A stretch of 64,000 nucleotides of DNA from Planctomycetota bacterium (GTDB lineage Bacteria > Planctomycetota > GCA-002687715 > CAIWVZ01). Numbering within the stretch: position 1 is the stretch's first letter; every line of letters begins with the position of its first letter. A program made the position numbers and the translations under genes. Shown here in pieces: positions 1 to 8,085 of the stretch. The notes below the pieces were generated by a model. It searched no databases and was not told where the DNA came from. It saw only the letters and a list, made by a program, of their open reading frames with translations. The stretch is from assembly GCA_044222185.1 (NCBI GenBank), contig JBGANV010000006.1, positions 224,001 through 288,000 of the forward strand. Direction: 5' to 3'.

Positions 1-40
1 TCCGGCGGGACGTTATCCTGCGCGCCTCGGAGGTGGCGCC

Positions 41-670
41 ATGAAGGGATCGACCGATCATGCGGATGTCGCCGGAATGAGCGACGACGCCGTCATGAAG
101 AAGACCGGCCGTGATTGGGCACAGTGGTTCCAGTTGCTCGACGCACGCGGTTGCGCGGCCATGACACACAAGCAGATCGTCGCCGTCGTTCACGAGGTGC
201 GAGACGTCGGATCGGGCTGGTGGGAGCAGATGATCACCGTGGCCTTCGAGCGCGCGCGCGGCCTCCGCGAAAAGCACCAGACGTCCCAGGGCTTCACGGC
301 CCAGATCAGTCGGACGCTCGCGGCATCGGCCCAGGTCGTGCACGACGCCTGGACGAAGACCGCGGTCCGCAAACGGTGGCTCGGTGGCGGCGAACTGCGC
401 ATCTCCAGCGCCACGTCGCCGAAATACGTGCGGGGCGAATGGGGCGCTGGCGGGCGGATCGAAGTCGTGCTCACGCCCAAGTCGCCGCGAAAGGTGCAGT
501 GCGCGGTGCAGCACAACCAACTCGCCAATGCGCGCGACGTTGCACGGTCCAAGGCCTCATGGGCCGATGCGTTGGCGGCGCTGAAGGCCATCGTCGAAGC
601 TCCCTCGCCCGCGCCACGCGCAAAGCGCGCGGGGCGACGTGCCCCCGCTCGGAAGCGAGGTCCGGCATGA
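41..670 (+). CDS. DUF4287-like N-terminus plus SRPBCC/START-like domain protein
   Basis: GGAGG RBS before ATG 41; 'DAVMKKTGRDWAQWFQLLD...GWWEQMITVAFERARG' typical of this family; C-terminal SRPBCC-like 'VHDAWT...RKRWL' and 'VQHNQL...SKASW'. Confidence 0.7.
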   Translation: MKGSTDHADVAGMSDDAVMKKTGRDWAQWFQLLDARGCAAMTHKQIVAVVHEVRDVGSGWWEQMITVAFERARGLREKHQTSQGFTAQISRTLAASAQVVHDAWTKTAVRKRWLGGGELRISSATSPKYVRGEWGAGGRIEVVLTPKSPRKVQCAVQHNQLANARDVARSKASWADALAALKAIVEAPSPAPRAKRAGRRAPARKRGPA

Positions 671-1278
671 CGGCGCTTCCGGGTGATGACCCGTCCCCGC
701 CGCTCGGCGGCGTGCGGTATCGCCTCGCAACCGAGGGCGACGCCGCGGCGATGCTGGCGATCTACGCCGATTACGTTCAGACGACGGTGATTTCGTTCGA
801 GATGGATCCTCCGGCAGTCGCCGAGTTCGCGTCGCGGGTGCGCGACGTCCTGAAGTACGCGCCGTGGATCGTGGCCGAGGATGGCGGCGCGATTCTCGGC
901 TACGCCTATGGCTCGCACTTCCGAACCCGGGCCGCATACCGGTGGACGATCGAGGTGACGGTCTACGTCGCTCGGGCCCACGTCGGCCGCGGGCTCGGAC
1001 GCAACCTGTACACGCGCCTGTTCCGGATCCTCGAGCTCCAGGGCTTCCAGATGCTCGTCGCGGGGATCACGCTGCCGAACGACGCGAGTGTCCGCCTCCA
1101 CGAGCGCATGGGATTTCGTCATGTCGGCGTCTATCGCGCCGTGGGGCACAAGTTCGGCGCCTGGCGCGACGTGGGTTGGTGGGAGCGCGCCCCCCAGTCG
1201 TTGCCGGATGCGCCGCCCGAGCCCCGTGGTCTCGCCGCAACGCTCGCGACGCCCGATGGCCGCGCAGCGTTGCGCTGA
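667..1278 (+). CDS. GNAT N-acetyltransferase, phosphinothricin/YncA-like
   Basis: ATGA overlap with upstream stop; motifs 'IYADYVQTTVISFE', 'RAAYRWTIEVTVYV', 'GRGLGRNLY', 'PNDASVRLHERMGF', 'GHKFGAWRDVGWW'. Confidence 0.9.
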   Translation: MTALPGDDPSPPLGGVRYRLATEGDAAAMLAIYADYVQTTVISFEMDPPAVAEFASRVRDVLKYAPWIVAEDGGAILGYAYGSHFRTRAAYRWTIEVTVYVARAHVGRGLGRNLYTRLFRILELQGFQMLVAGITLPNDASVRLHERMGFRHVGVYRAVGHKFGAWRDVGWWERAPQSLPDAPPEPRGLAATLATPDGRAALR

Positions 1279-1286
1279 CTCCGCTC

Positions 1287-1797
1287 GGAGCGCCAAGCTC
1301 CGCTTGGCCGGACCGGCAAGGCTCCAGCCTTGCCGCGAACGTCGACGGGTGATCATTCGCACCGATGCGTGTCGACGGCACATCGCACGTCGCTGCCCGC
1401 GAACGGCGTGAGGCGCCAATCCCGGCAGGGCTGGAGCCCTGCCAACCGGCCGCGTAGAACGCGGCGCTCCGGACCGGCAAGGCTCCAGCCTTGCCGCGAA
1501 CGTCGACGGGGTGATCATTCGCACCGATGCATGTCGACGGCACATCGCACGTCGCTGCCCGCGAACGGCGCGAGTCGCGAATCCCGGCAGGGCTGGAGCC
1601 CTGCCAACCGGCCGGGAGCGCCAAGCTCCGCTTGGCTGGACCGGCAAGGCTCCAGCCTTGCCGCGAACGTCGACGGGCGATCATTCGCACCGATGCGTGT
1701 CGACGGCACATCGCACGTCGCTGCCCGCGAACGGCGCGAGTCGCCGATCCCGGCAGGGCTGGAGCCCTGCCAACCGGCCGCGCGGAACGCGGCGCTT
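1287..1797. repeat. Three tandem ~160-167 bp units carrying REP-like hairpins (BIME-like cluster)
   Basis: Near-identical units start at 1310, 1471 and 1638; each opens with GGCAAGGCTCCAGCCTTGCC and closes with its near reverse complement GGCAGGGCTGGAGCCCTGCC; GGAGCGCCAAGCTCCGCTTGGC precedes units 1 and 3. Confidence 0.9.
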
Positions 1798-2294
1798 CGG
1801 TTGTCGGGATCGTCGATGCAACGATCTCGGGGAGCGCGGCATTCTTCATCCCCGAGCGGCCAACGGATCGTCTCGTGACGCCGCTCGAAGATTGGTCCTT
1901 GAGACCAGGACGGGGCCGGTGCCCGTACCGGTAAAACGGTGTGGGAACGTGGGTGGCGTCCGGGTCGTGCTGAAGGGGCACGGCTCGGAAGTCGAACGGG
2001 CGCCGGCCCGTCTTTCTTCTTGCGCGTTCACGCACGCGCGAACGCGGTTGGCGTGGGGGGCGGACCCCGGCGACCGGCAGGTGCCGCAGCTCCAATGCTC
2101 AGGCTGCGGCACCGGGCCATCGAAAACAGCGGGATCGGGCACGTTTGCCCGCGGGACGCGTGTTTTTCGACCGATCCGGTTCACTTCCGCAGCCGCTTTT
2201 TTCGATATCTCCCCTCGATTGGCCGGCCGTTGAGCCGACCTCGATCGGACCCGACGCCCACGCGGTGAACCCGCCGCCCAAGAAGGAGCGCGAA

Positions 2295-2906
2295 GTGGAA
2301 CGACGACCGTCGACACGCGATCGCGACCGAGAACTCGACCACTGCCTGCGAACCGCGGCACCGGCGCGCAACGTGCCGGCGACCGTCGCGCTCGTGGTGA
2401 TCGCCGTCGCGGCCGTGAGCGGGGTGCCTTTTCTCGCGCGAATCGAACCGTCCGTCGGCGCCGCGGTCGCGGATCAGATCACGCGCCCGGTTTGGGAGGG
2501 AACGCACGACGCGTCCTGGTCCGTCGCCGCGGCGGAGCCACCCGATCGGGCCTTCATGAGCGCGTCCCGTCACGACGTCGCGGGCGACGCGGCGGCGTGG
2601 GCGGGCATCCCTCAGCCGGGATGGATCGCTGAGCACCTGTTCGTCGTCAGCGTCGGCACCCCGGCGACCCACGATCCCATCCTCGCCTGGAGCCCCTCGG
2701 CCCCGATGACCGTCGCGCTTGGCTGCGTGCGAGTCGTGAAGGCCATCCCGTCCGGTGAGCCCGCCGATGACCTGGACGCGACGACGACGATCCTGGGAGC
2801 CTCGCCCGTGTTCCTCGCCGGGTTTCTCATCGAAGTGACGCGCCTCGACTTCGACGTGAATGGCGTGCTCGTCACGTCCGCCCAGGTCGACTGCAGCACG
2901 CTCTGA
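2295..2906 (+). CDS. Hypothetical membrane-anchored protein; C-terminus resembles the shared beta domain of neighbouring secreted proteins
   Basis: AAGGAG RBS before GTG 2295; hydrophobic 'VALVVIAVAAVSGVPFLA'; ends 'PVFLAGFLIEVTRLDFDVNGVLVTSAQVDCSTL'. Confidence 0.55.
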   Translation: MERRPSTRDRDRELDHCLRTAAPARNVPATVALVVIAVAAVSGVPFLARIEPSVGAAVADQITRPVWEGTHDASWSVAAAEPPDRAFMSASRHDVAGDAAAWAGIPQPGWIAEHLFVVSVGTPATHDPILAWSPSAPMTVALGCVRVVKAIPSGEPADDLDATTTILGASPVFLAGFLIEVTRLDFDVNGVLVTSAQVDCSTL

Positions 2907-2966
2907 GACCTCCGGGCCGCGCGGCGACACGAGGTGCGCGAAGCCGTGCACCGGCGGCTCCGCCAC

Positions 2967-2996
2967 TTGCGCACAGCGCGCAGCGCGGCCTATGCT
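2967..2996 (+). promoter_or_regulatory. Putative sigma70 promoter for the 3037 gene
   Basis: TTGCGC (2967-2972), 18 nt spacer, TATGCT (2991-2996), about 40 nt upstream of the start. Confidence 0.45.
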
Positions 2997-3036
2997 CATC
3001 GGCGCGGCGACGCCGACGTGCCGCGAGGAGGCCCCG

Positions 3037-4752
3037 ATGAGAACCGCCCGTCCTGCCCTCGTACTTGCCCGCGTCGTGATGGCGTTCCTGCCAATCACCG
3101 CGGGGTCGCTCTTCGGTCAGTCCGCGTGTCAGCAAACGCTGCCCGCAGGATGGGACGGGCTCGACGGTCCGGCGACCGTCGGCAATCCGTTCAACGTGAA
3201 CCTGTCGCAGAAGTGGCAGTACGTCTACGACTCGAGCAACTTCGTGATCCAGGCGCCGATCTCGATCACGCAGCTCTACGTTCGCGCCGCGCTCCCCGGT
3301 TTCACCGGACCTGGCGGGACGCTCAACAGCCTCGTCGTGACGATGGCGTCGTGTCCGTTCAACTTCGCGGCCGCGAGCGCAACGATGAGTGCGAACCTCG
3401 CGAGCGACGCGACCGTCATGCGGACGGGCGCATGGACGTCCGGGGCGATCGCCGCGGGCGGCAACACGGGAAGCTGGATCTCGCTGAACCTGACGACTCC
3501 GTTCAACTACAACCCGGCGCTCGGGCTCGATCTCGTCGTGCAGATCGAGCGCTGTGGCGGCGGGACCATCGGAACGAATACCGATCACGTGACCGGTGCG
3601 ACGAACGCGTCGCGTGTCGGATCCGGCAATAGTTGCGCGCCGATCAGCGGGGGCTCACCGACCGGCACCGTTTCGATCTTCCGGATCGACTACGTGGCGG
3701 GGACGCCGCGCTGGCAGGTGAACCAGCCCGCCGCGCATTTCGACATCGACGGCCAGACCAACGACGCATGCGCGGGACCGATATCGGCAACCCGCTGTGC
3801 GGGCGCGTCGATGACGGCGAACTTGACGAGCACGGCCGCGGCGTCGCCGTGGGATCTGGCGATCGCTCCCGGTTCAGGCGTTGCCGGCGGCGCGGGCGGA
3901 CTCGTTCTTCCCGGCGGCCAGGTCGTGAACGTGAACCTGGCTTCACCAGGCCTCACGTTCCTCCTCGGAGCCTCGTTCCAGACTCCGTTCATTCCGCTCA
4001 GTCTGCCGTTCACGTTCCCCGTCGCACCATTCGATCTCACCGCGCAGATGGTGCTGCTGACCCCGTCCGTCGCCGGGGGCATCGCTCTCAGCGCGGCGAA
4101 CGAAGTCCACATCGTGAGCGGAGGCGTGGTCCCCGGGCCGACCGCCGACGACAGCTTCGTGACGGTCGTACCGGCGCAGCCGCCCCTTCATTGCCCCGCC
4201 ACGCTGCCGTTCTTCGGTGTCAACTACACGCAGGTCCACGTGATCTCGAACGGCCGGATCATGTTCAACGTCGTCGATACGGACTACAGCCCGACGGTCG
4301 CCGAGGCCATCGCGGGGTCGCCGTTCGTCGGTGTGTGGTGCGACCTCGCGCCGCAGCAGGGCGGCTTGATCTCGATCACGATGCCGACCGCGAATCTGTT
4401 CCGTGTCACGTACGCGGGCGTGCCCTTCTACAACTCGCCGACGAACAATCCGACCTGGTACATCGAGCTCGACTCGTCCACGGGCGCGGTGACACTCAAC
4501 GGGTTCGGGGCATTCACCCAGTTCGTGCCGGCCGCGGGTACGGTCACGGATCAGTGGATCGGAATGAGCGTTGGCGGTGGCGTCGCGACGGACGCGGGAC
4601 AGACCACGTACACCCTCGGGCTCAGCCCGGGACCGTCGAATGCCACGGACATGATCTACCGCCTGGGGCTGGGAGGCACGCTCACGCCGGGCGTCATGTC
4701 GCTGATCTTCACGCCGAACTCCTTCGGCAATTACGACTGGACCGGGCTCTGA
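3037..4752 (+). CDS. Secreted three-domain protein, paralog 1 of 3 (C-terminal nidogen/NIDO-like region)
   Basis: GAGGAGG RBS; signal peptide ending SLFG|Q; collinear similarity to 49707 and 51600; 'LPFFGVNYTQVHVISNGRIMF...WCDLAP' is NIDO-like. Confidence 0.8.
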   Translation: MRTARPALVLARVVMAFLPITAGSLFGQSACQQTLPAGWDGLDGPATVGNPFNVNLSQKWQYVYDSSNFVIQAPISITQLYVRAALPGFTGPGGTLNSLVVTMASCPFNFAAASATMSANLASDATVMRTGAWTSGAIAAGGNTGSWISLNLTTPFNYNPALGLDLVVQIERCGGGTIGTNTDHVTGATNASRVGSGNSCAPISGGSPTGTVSIFRIDYVAGTPRWQVNQPAAHFDIDGQTNDACAGPISATRCAGASMTANLTSTAAASPWDLAIAPGSGVAGGAGGLVLPGGQVVNVNLASPGLTFLLGASFQTPFIPLSLPFTFPVAPFDLTAQMVLLTPSVAGGIALSAANEVHIVSGGVVPGPTADDSFVTVVPAQPPLHCPATLPFFGVNYTQVHVISNGRIMFNVVDTDYSPTVAEAIAGSPFVGVWCDLAPQQGGLISITMPTANLFRVTYAGVPFYNSPTNNPTWYIELDSSTGAVTLNGFGAFTQFVPAAGTVTDQWIGMSVGGGVATDAGQTTYTLGLSPGPSNATDMIYRLGLGGTLTPGVMSLIFTPNSFGNYDWTGL

Positions 4753-4766
4753 CCCGAGCCAGACCC

Positions 4767-5435
4767 GTGACCGATCTGCGTGCCGCCGCGCGCCGTCTCG
4801 CCAAGGAGTTCGGCGCGGCGCCACCGCCCTTCCCCAAGGGTCCGTTCGAGCTGATCCTCTGGGAGAACGTGGCCTACCTCGCCGACGACGAACGACGCCG
4901 CGAGGCATTCGATCTCCTGAAGGCGGAAGTTGGGACGAAGCCCGCCGAGATCCTGAAGGCGCCCGAACGCACGCTCCTCGCAGTGGCCGCACGCGGCATC
5001 GTTCCCGAGACGTTCGCGAAGAAGCTCCGCGATGCCGCACGGATCGCCGTCGACACGTTCGGCGGTGATCTGCGCCACGTCGTCCGAGGACCGCAGGCCG
5101 ACGCGAAACGCGCCCTCCGGAAGTTTCCCGGCATCGGGGAACCCGCCGCGGAGAAGATCCTGCTCTTCCTGAAGCTGCACGCTTTCCTCGCGCCGGACTC
5201 CAACGCTCTGCGCGTGATGGTCCGTCTGGGCGTCAGTCCGGAGAAGAAGTCGTATGGGCCGATGTACGCCGCGGCGCGCGCCGTGGCTGCCGAGCAGCTC
5301 GGCGACGACCTCGACCTCGTCTACGCCGCTCACGTCCACCTGCGACGCCTCGGGCAGGAGACGTGCAAGCGCACGAAGCCCGCGTGTCCACGATGTCCGC
5401 TGAGATCCATGTGTGCGTTTGCCGCTGGCACGTGA
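4767..5435 (+). CDS. HhH-GPD DNA glycosylase (endonuclease III superfamily) with 4Fe-4S motif
   Basis: 'PFELILWE', HhH 'LRKFPGIGEPAAEKIL', Asp in 'PDSNALR', C-terminal CKRTKPACPRCPLRSMC (CX6CX2CX5C). Confidence 0.85.
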   Translation: MTDLRAAARRLAKEFGAAPPPFPKGPFELILWENVAYLADDERRREAFDLLKAEVGTKPAEILKAPERTLLAVAARGIVPETFAKKLRDAARIAVDTFGGDLRHVVRGPQADAKRALRKFPGIGEPAAEKILLFLKLHAFLAPDSNALRVMVRLGVSPEKKSYGPMYAAARAVAAEQLGDDLDLVYAAHVHLRRLGQETCKRTKPACPRCPLRSMCAFAAGT

Positions 5436-5458
5436 ACCTCGATGAGCGGGAGAATCGG

Positions 5459-5905
5459 ATGTGTCTTCTTCGCGTGATGGGGGCCACGTTCGCGGCTGAC
5501 GACTGGCTCGCGCGCTCGGGGCTGCGGGCATGCGACGTGTTTCGGGCAGACGTGCCCGCGGATGGATCACGGGCGAAGCGCCACGGCCAGTCCGGCTTCA
5601 GCGTCGACGTCAGCAGGGAAGCTCTCGACGACCTTTCGCGTCAGGTCGCGGATGCCCTCGAGTTCGTGCGCCGCCATGACGCCGTTCTTCGCATGCTTTC
5701 GGCTGCGCCCGGCGTCGAGTGCTTCGCTCTCGATTTCGCTGTGCCCCTCGTGATCGACCGCAAGACCGTGTTCGCGCAGTTCGAACACTTCCCGGCCGAG
5801 CTGGTCTCGTCGGCCGGCGCGGTCGGGCTGTCCCTGACCCTCGCCATCTACCCGAGGGATCTGGCACGGCTCGCCGAGGATCTCACGACCGGCGGGTCGG
5901 CCTGA
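5459..5905 (+). CDS. Hypothetical protein, DUF4279-like
   Basis: 'CLLRVMGATFAADDWL...SGFSVDVS...LSRQVADALEFV...FPAELVSSAGAVGLSLTLAIY' pattern. Confidence 0.55.
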   Translation: MCLLRVMGATFAADDWLARSGLRACDVFRADVPADGSRAKRHGQSGFSVDVSREALDDLSRQVADALEFVRRHDAVLRMLSAAPGVECFALDFAVPLVIDRKTVFAQFEHFPAELVSSAGAVGLSLTLAIYPRDLARLAEDLTTGGSA

Positions 5906-6018
5906 CGGCCCCTGCCGCCGCGCGTCCGAGCCCGTTTGCCCGTACGCACCCGTCCCGCCGTGCGCGCCGTGCGCGCCGATCGACTCCGGCGCGCCTCACG
6001 CGCGCTGCTGCAGCGCGG

Positions 6019-6047
6019 GCGGCACGCGCGGAGGTCGCGCGTGCCGC
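6019..6047. terminator. GC-rich hairpin between convergent genes
   Basis: GCGGCACGCGCG-gaggt-CGCGCGTGCCGC, perfect 12 bp stem, no U-tract. Confidence 0.5.
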
Positions 6048-6057
6048 AGTGGAGGGC

Positions 6058-7755
6058 TCAGTGTCCCAGCACGAGGTGGAGGCCGTTCGTGAGTGCGAAC
6101 CCGTTCACTCCGGCGAGGAGCGCCTGCAAGTCGACCGGGAAGCAATCGAGTGCGGGGTCATTGGGGATCGTCGACGTGAACGACCAGGCGCCGGCGCCGT
6201 CCGTCGTCAACGTGAGGAAGATCAACATGCCACCTTGCTGCAGGTAGAGGGTGCAGGCACCGAACAGGGGCTGAGGCGTTCCGCCCGGGGGGCTCACCAA
6301 CAAGATGCCGGACGCATTCGGGTCGGCGCCCGTGATCGTCAGCGTGCCCGGCTGTCCGAGCAGCGGCAGCCCGCCGTTGAGCGTCGGCGGCACCGTGCCA
6401 CACGAAGTTCCGAACTGCTGCGACGCGGCGTCGTGATGGGAGATGGCGAGGGTGAACGGCCCACCGATCGACGTCGACCACGATCCCACGAAGAACGTGT
6501 ATGTCGTCAGAGGGTTCGCCGTGAACGTGACCTTCGACTGCACGCTGCACGTGTCGTCGTTGCAGGCCACTTCGGTGAATGCGCCGCACGTCCCCGAGTA
6601 GACGGTGACGAGCGTATCGAAGCCCGCAGCGCCGCCTTCAGTGGCGCACAGGCTCAACGTGACCGTGCGCGGGCACGTCGCCGGGTTCGTGTAGGTGTAC
6701 CAGATGTCGCGCCCGTGAGCGGCGCACGTCGACGTTGGGGCGTCGGTCGTGGCCGTCGTGTTGTTTCCAACCACGAGGCCATCAGTGACGGCGATGGGGG
6801 ATCCGCACGAGTCGTTGGGCGCGAGAACTCCGATCGTGATTGCACCGTTGGAGCTGCGTGCCTGCGCATCCGACACCGTGAACGGAACCGACAGCACGCT
6901 GGGCGGGGTTGCCGGCGGAATCGCCGCGATCAGCGTGAAGACGCCCGCCGGGCCCTCCGTCATCGGTTGGAGCGGTCCGCCACCCAGTGAAGTGGTATCG
7001 GCCACGACGGTGATCCCCGTGCTCGCCGGGTTCGCGCCCGGGCAGGCATTGACGGTGAGCGTGACGGGCGCGCCAGCGAGCGCCGCTGACGGCGACGCGG
7101 TGCCTGTGCCAACCGGCGGCGTCGATCCGGTCGACGTGTAGTGGACGCGGATGTTGGCGAGGCGGCCACCGGCCGTCGTGCTACCGAGATTGCCACCGAA
7201 CGGGCCGAGCGCCGTCGCGCTCCACGCCTTGCCGAATCCGATGATCACGCGGAGGTTCGCATCCTGGGTCAGCGTCTGGCCGACGTTCTGCGTTCCTGCC
7301 GTGCCGGTCGTGTAGTTCAGCGTCGTCGAGCTCGATCCGATGTTGACTGCGAAACCCTGCGTCGCGCCCGGTGCGATCGTCCTGCTGATGGCCGGATAGG
7401 GCGTGAGGATGTTGGACGCGCCGGTCGTCGACGTCCCGAGTGACGTGACGGTTCCCGAAGACGCAAGCGTCCATGCGGCTGCGGTCGACGCCACCGTGGT
7501 GTGCGTGCCGCCGGCCGTCACGTACCACGTCTGCACCGGCCACGTGCCCGGGTCGAGGTTCACGTCGAACCCGGTGATGGTCATCGTGTCCGTGGCCGAC
7601 AGGTTGACGAGATCGAACATCACGCCATTCTGGCCATTGCCACCCACGTTCGTGGTGAACAGCGTGAGTTCGCTGCTGCATTGCGCCAGCCCGATGGTCG
7701 ACGCGACGATGACGGCTGCGAGAACTCGTGCGAGGAAACACTTCTCGAATTGCAT
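6058..7755 (-). CDS. Secreted multidomain beta-rich protein with Cys-rich 'PNDxC...CNDDxC' module and C-terminal shared domain
   Basis: GGAGG RBS before ATG 7755; signal peptide GLA|Q; 'APNDSCGSPIAV', 'RDIWYTYT', 'FDTLVTVYSGTCG...ACNDDTC'; tail 'IPNDPALDCFPVDLQALL...FALTNGLHLVLGH'. Confidence 0.8.
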   Translation of the reverse strand: MQFEKCFLARVLAAVIVASTIGLAQCSSELTLFTTNVGGNGQNGVMFDLVNLSATDTMTITGFDVNLDPGTWPVQTWYVTAGGTHTTVASTAAAWTLASSGTVTSLGTSTTGASNILTPYPAISRTIAPGATQGFAVNIGSSSTTLNYTTGTAGTQNVGQTLTQDANLRVIIGFGKAWSATALGPFGGNLGSTTAGGRLANIRVHYTSTGSTPPVGTGTASPSAALAGAPVTLTVNACPGANPASTGITVVADTTSLGGGPLQPMTEGPAGVFTLIAAIPPATPPSVLSVPFTVSDAQARSSNGAITIGVLAPNDSCGSPIAVTDGLVVGNNTTATTDAPTSTCAAHGRDIWYTYTNPATCPRTVTLSLCATEGGAAGFDTLVTVYSGTCGAFTEVACNDDTCSVQSKVTFTANPLTTYTFFVGSWSTSIGGPFTLAISHHDAASQQFGTSCGTVPPTLNGGLPLLGQPGTLTITGADPNASGILLVSPPGGTPQPLFGACTLYLQQGGMLIFLTLTTDGAGAWSFTSTIPNDPALDCFPVDLQALLAGVNGFALTNGLHLVLGH

Positions 7756-7850
7756 GACACCCTCCAACACTTTCGCACTGCATGGGCGCGCCGCTCGCAA
7801 CGCGAGCCAGCCGCGCCAATTGAAACGACACGACGTCGTTACGGCGAAGC

Positions 7851-7880
7851 GGATTCCACTCAGGAATCCCGCCAAGTCAA
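7851..7880 (-). promoter_or_regulatory. Putative sigma70 promoter with overlapping inverted repeat
   Basis: Minus strand TTGACT-N16-TGGAAT; GGATTCC-N5-GGAATCC palindrome at 7851-7869 overlaps the spacer and -10. Confidence 0.45.
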
Positions 7881-8085
7881 GCGGCGTCTGCGGAATCGAG
7901 AGAACCGAGAATTCCGAGGCCGAGCCCCCTGCGGCGGTGTCGCATCGGCGGCAGTGTCTTCGTGATGGTTGCGAGCGTGATTTGGCAAACCCGGTGAACG
8001 AGGCGTTGCCTGCTCGCGTTCGGATCCGCCATTGGAGTGGTGACCGACGTCGTATTCGGGTGCGTCGCTGCGTCCTACGGCTGCA

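Noticed and set aside
1287-1797. CRISPR array
   Set aside because: The sequences between hairpins are near-identical copies rather than unique spacers, the period is about 165 bp, and no cas genes are present.
190-2233. ORFs spanning the repeat (190..1647 -, 1067..2095 -, 1330..1878 +, 1511..2233 +) as repeat proteins
   Set aside because: They are Arg/Pro-rich translations of a palindromic DNA repeat, open in several frames because of high GC, and the minus-strand ones overlap real genes.
3633-5435. 600 aa glycosylase fusion, and similar N-terminal extensions at 115, 17604..19262, 34812, 40856 and 46330
   Set aside because: The extensions are low-complexity alternate-frame readthrough of upstream genes or intergenic DNA; better starts lie next to the conserved domains.
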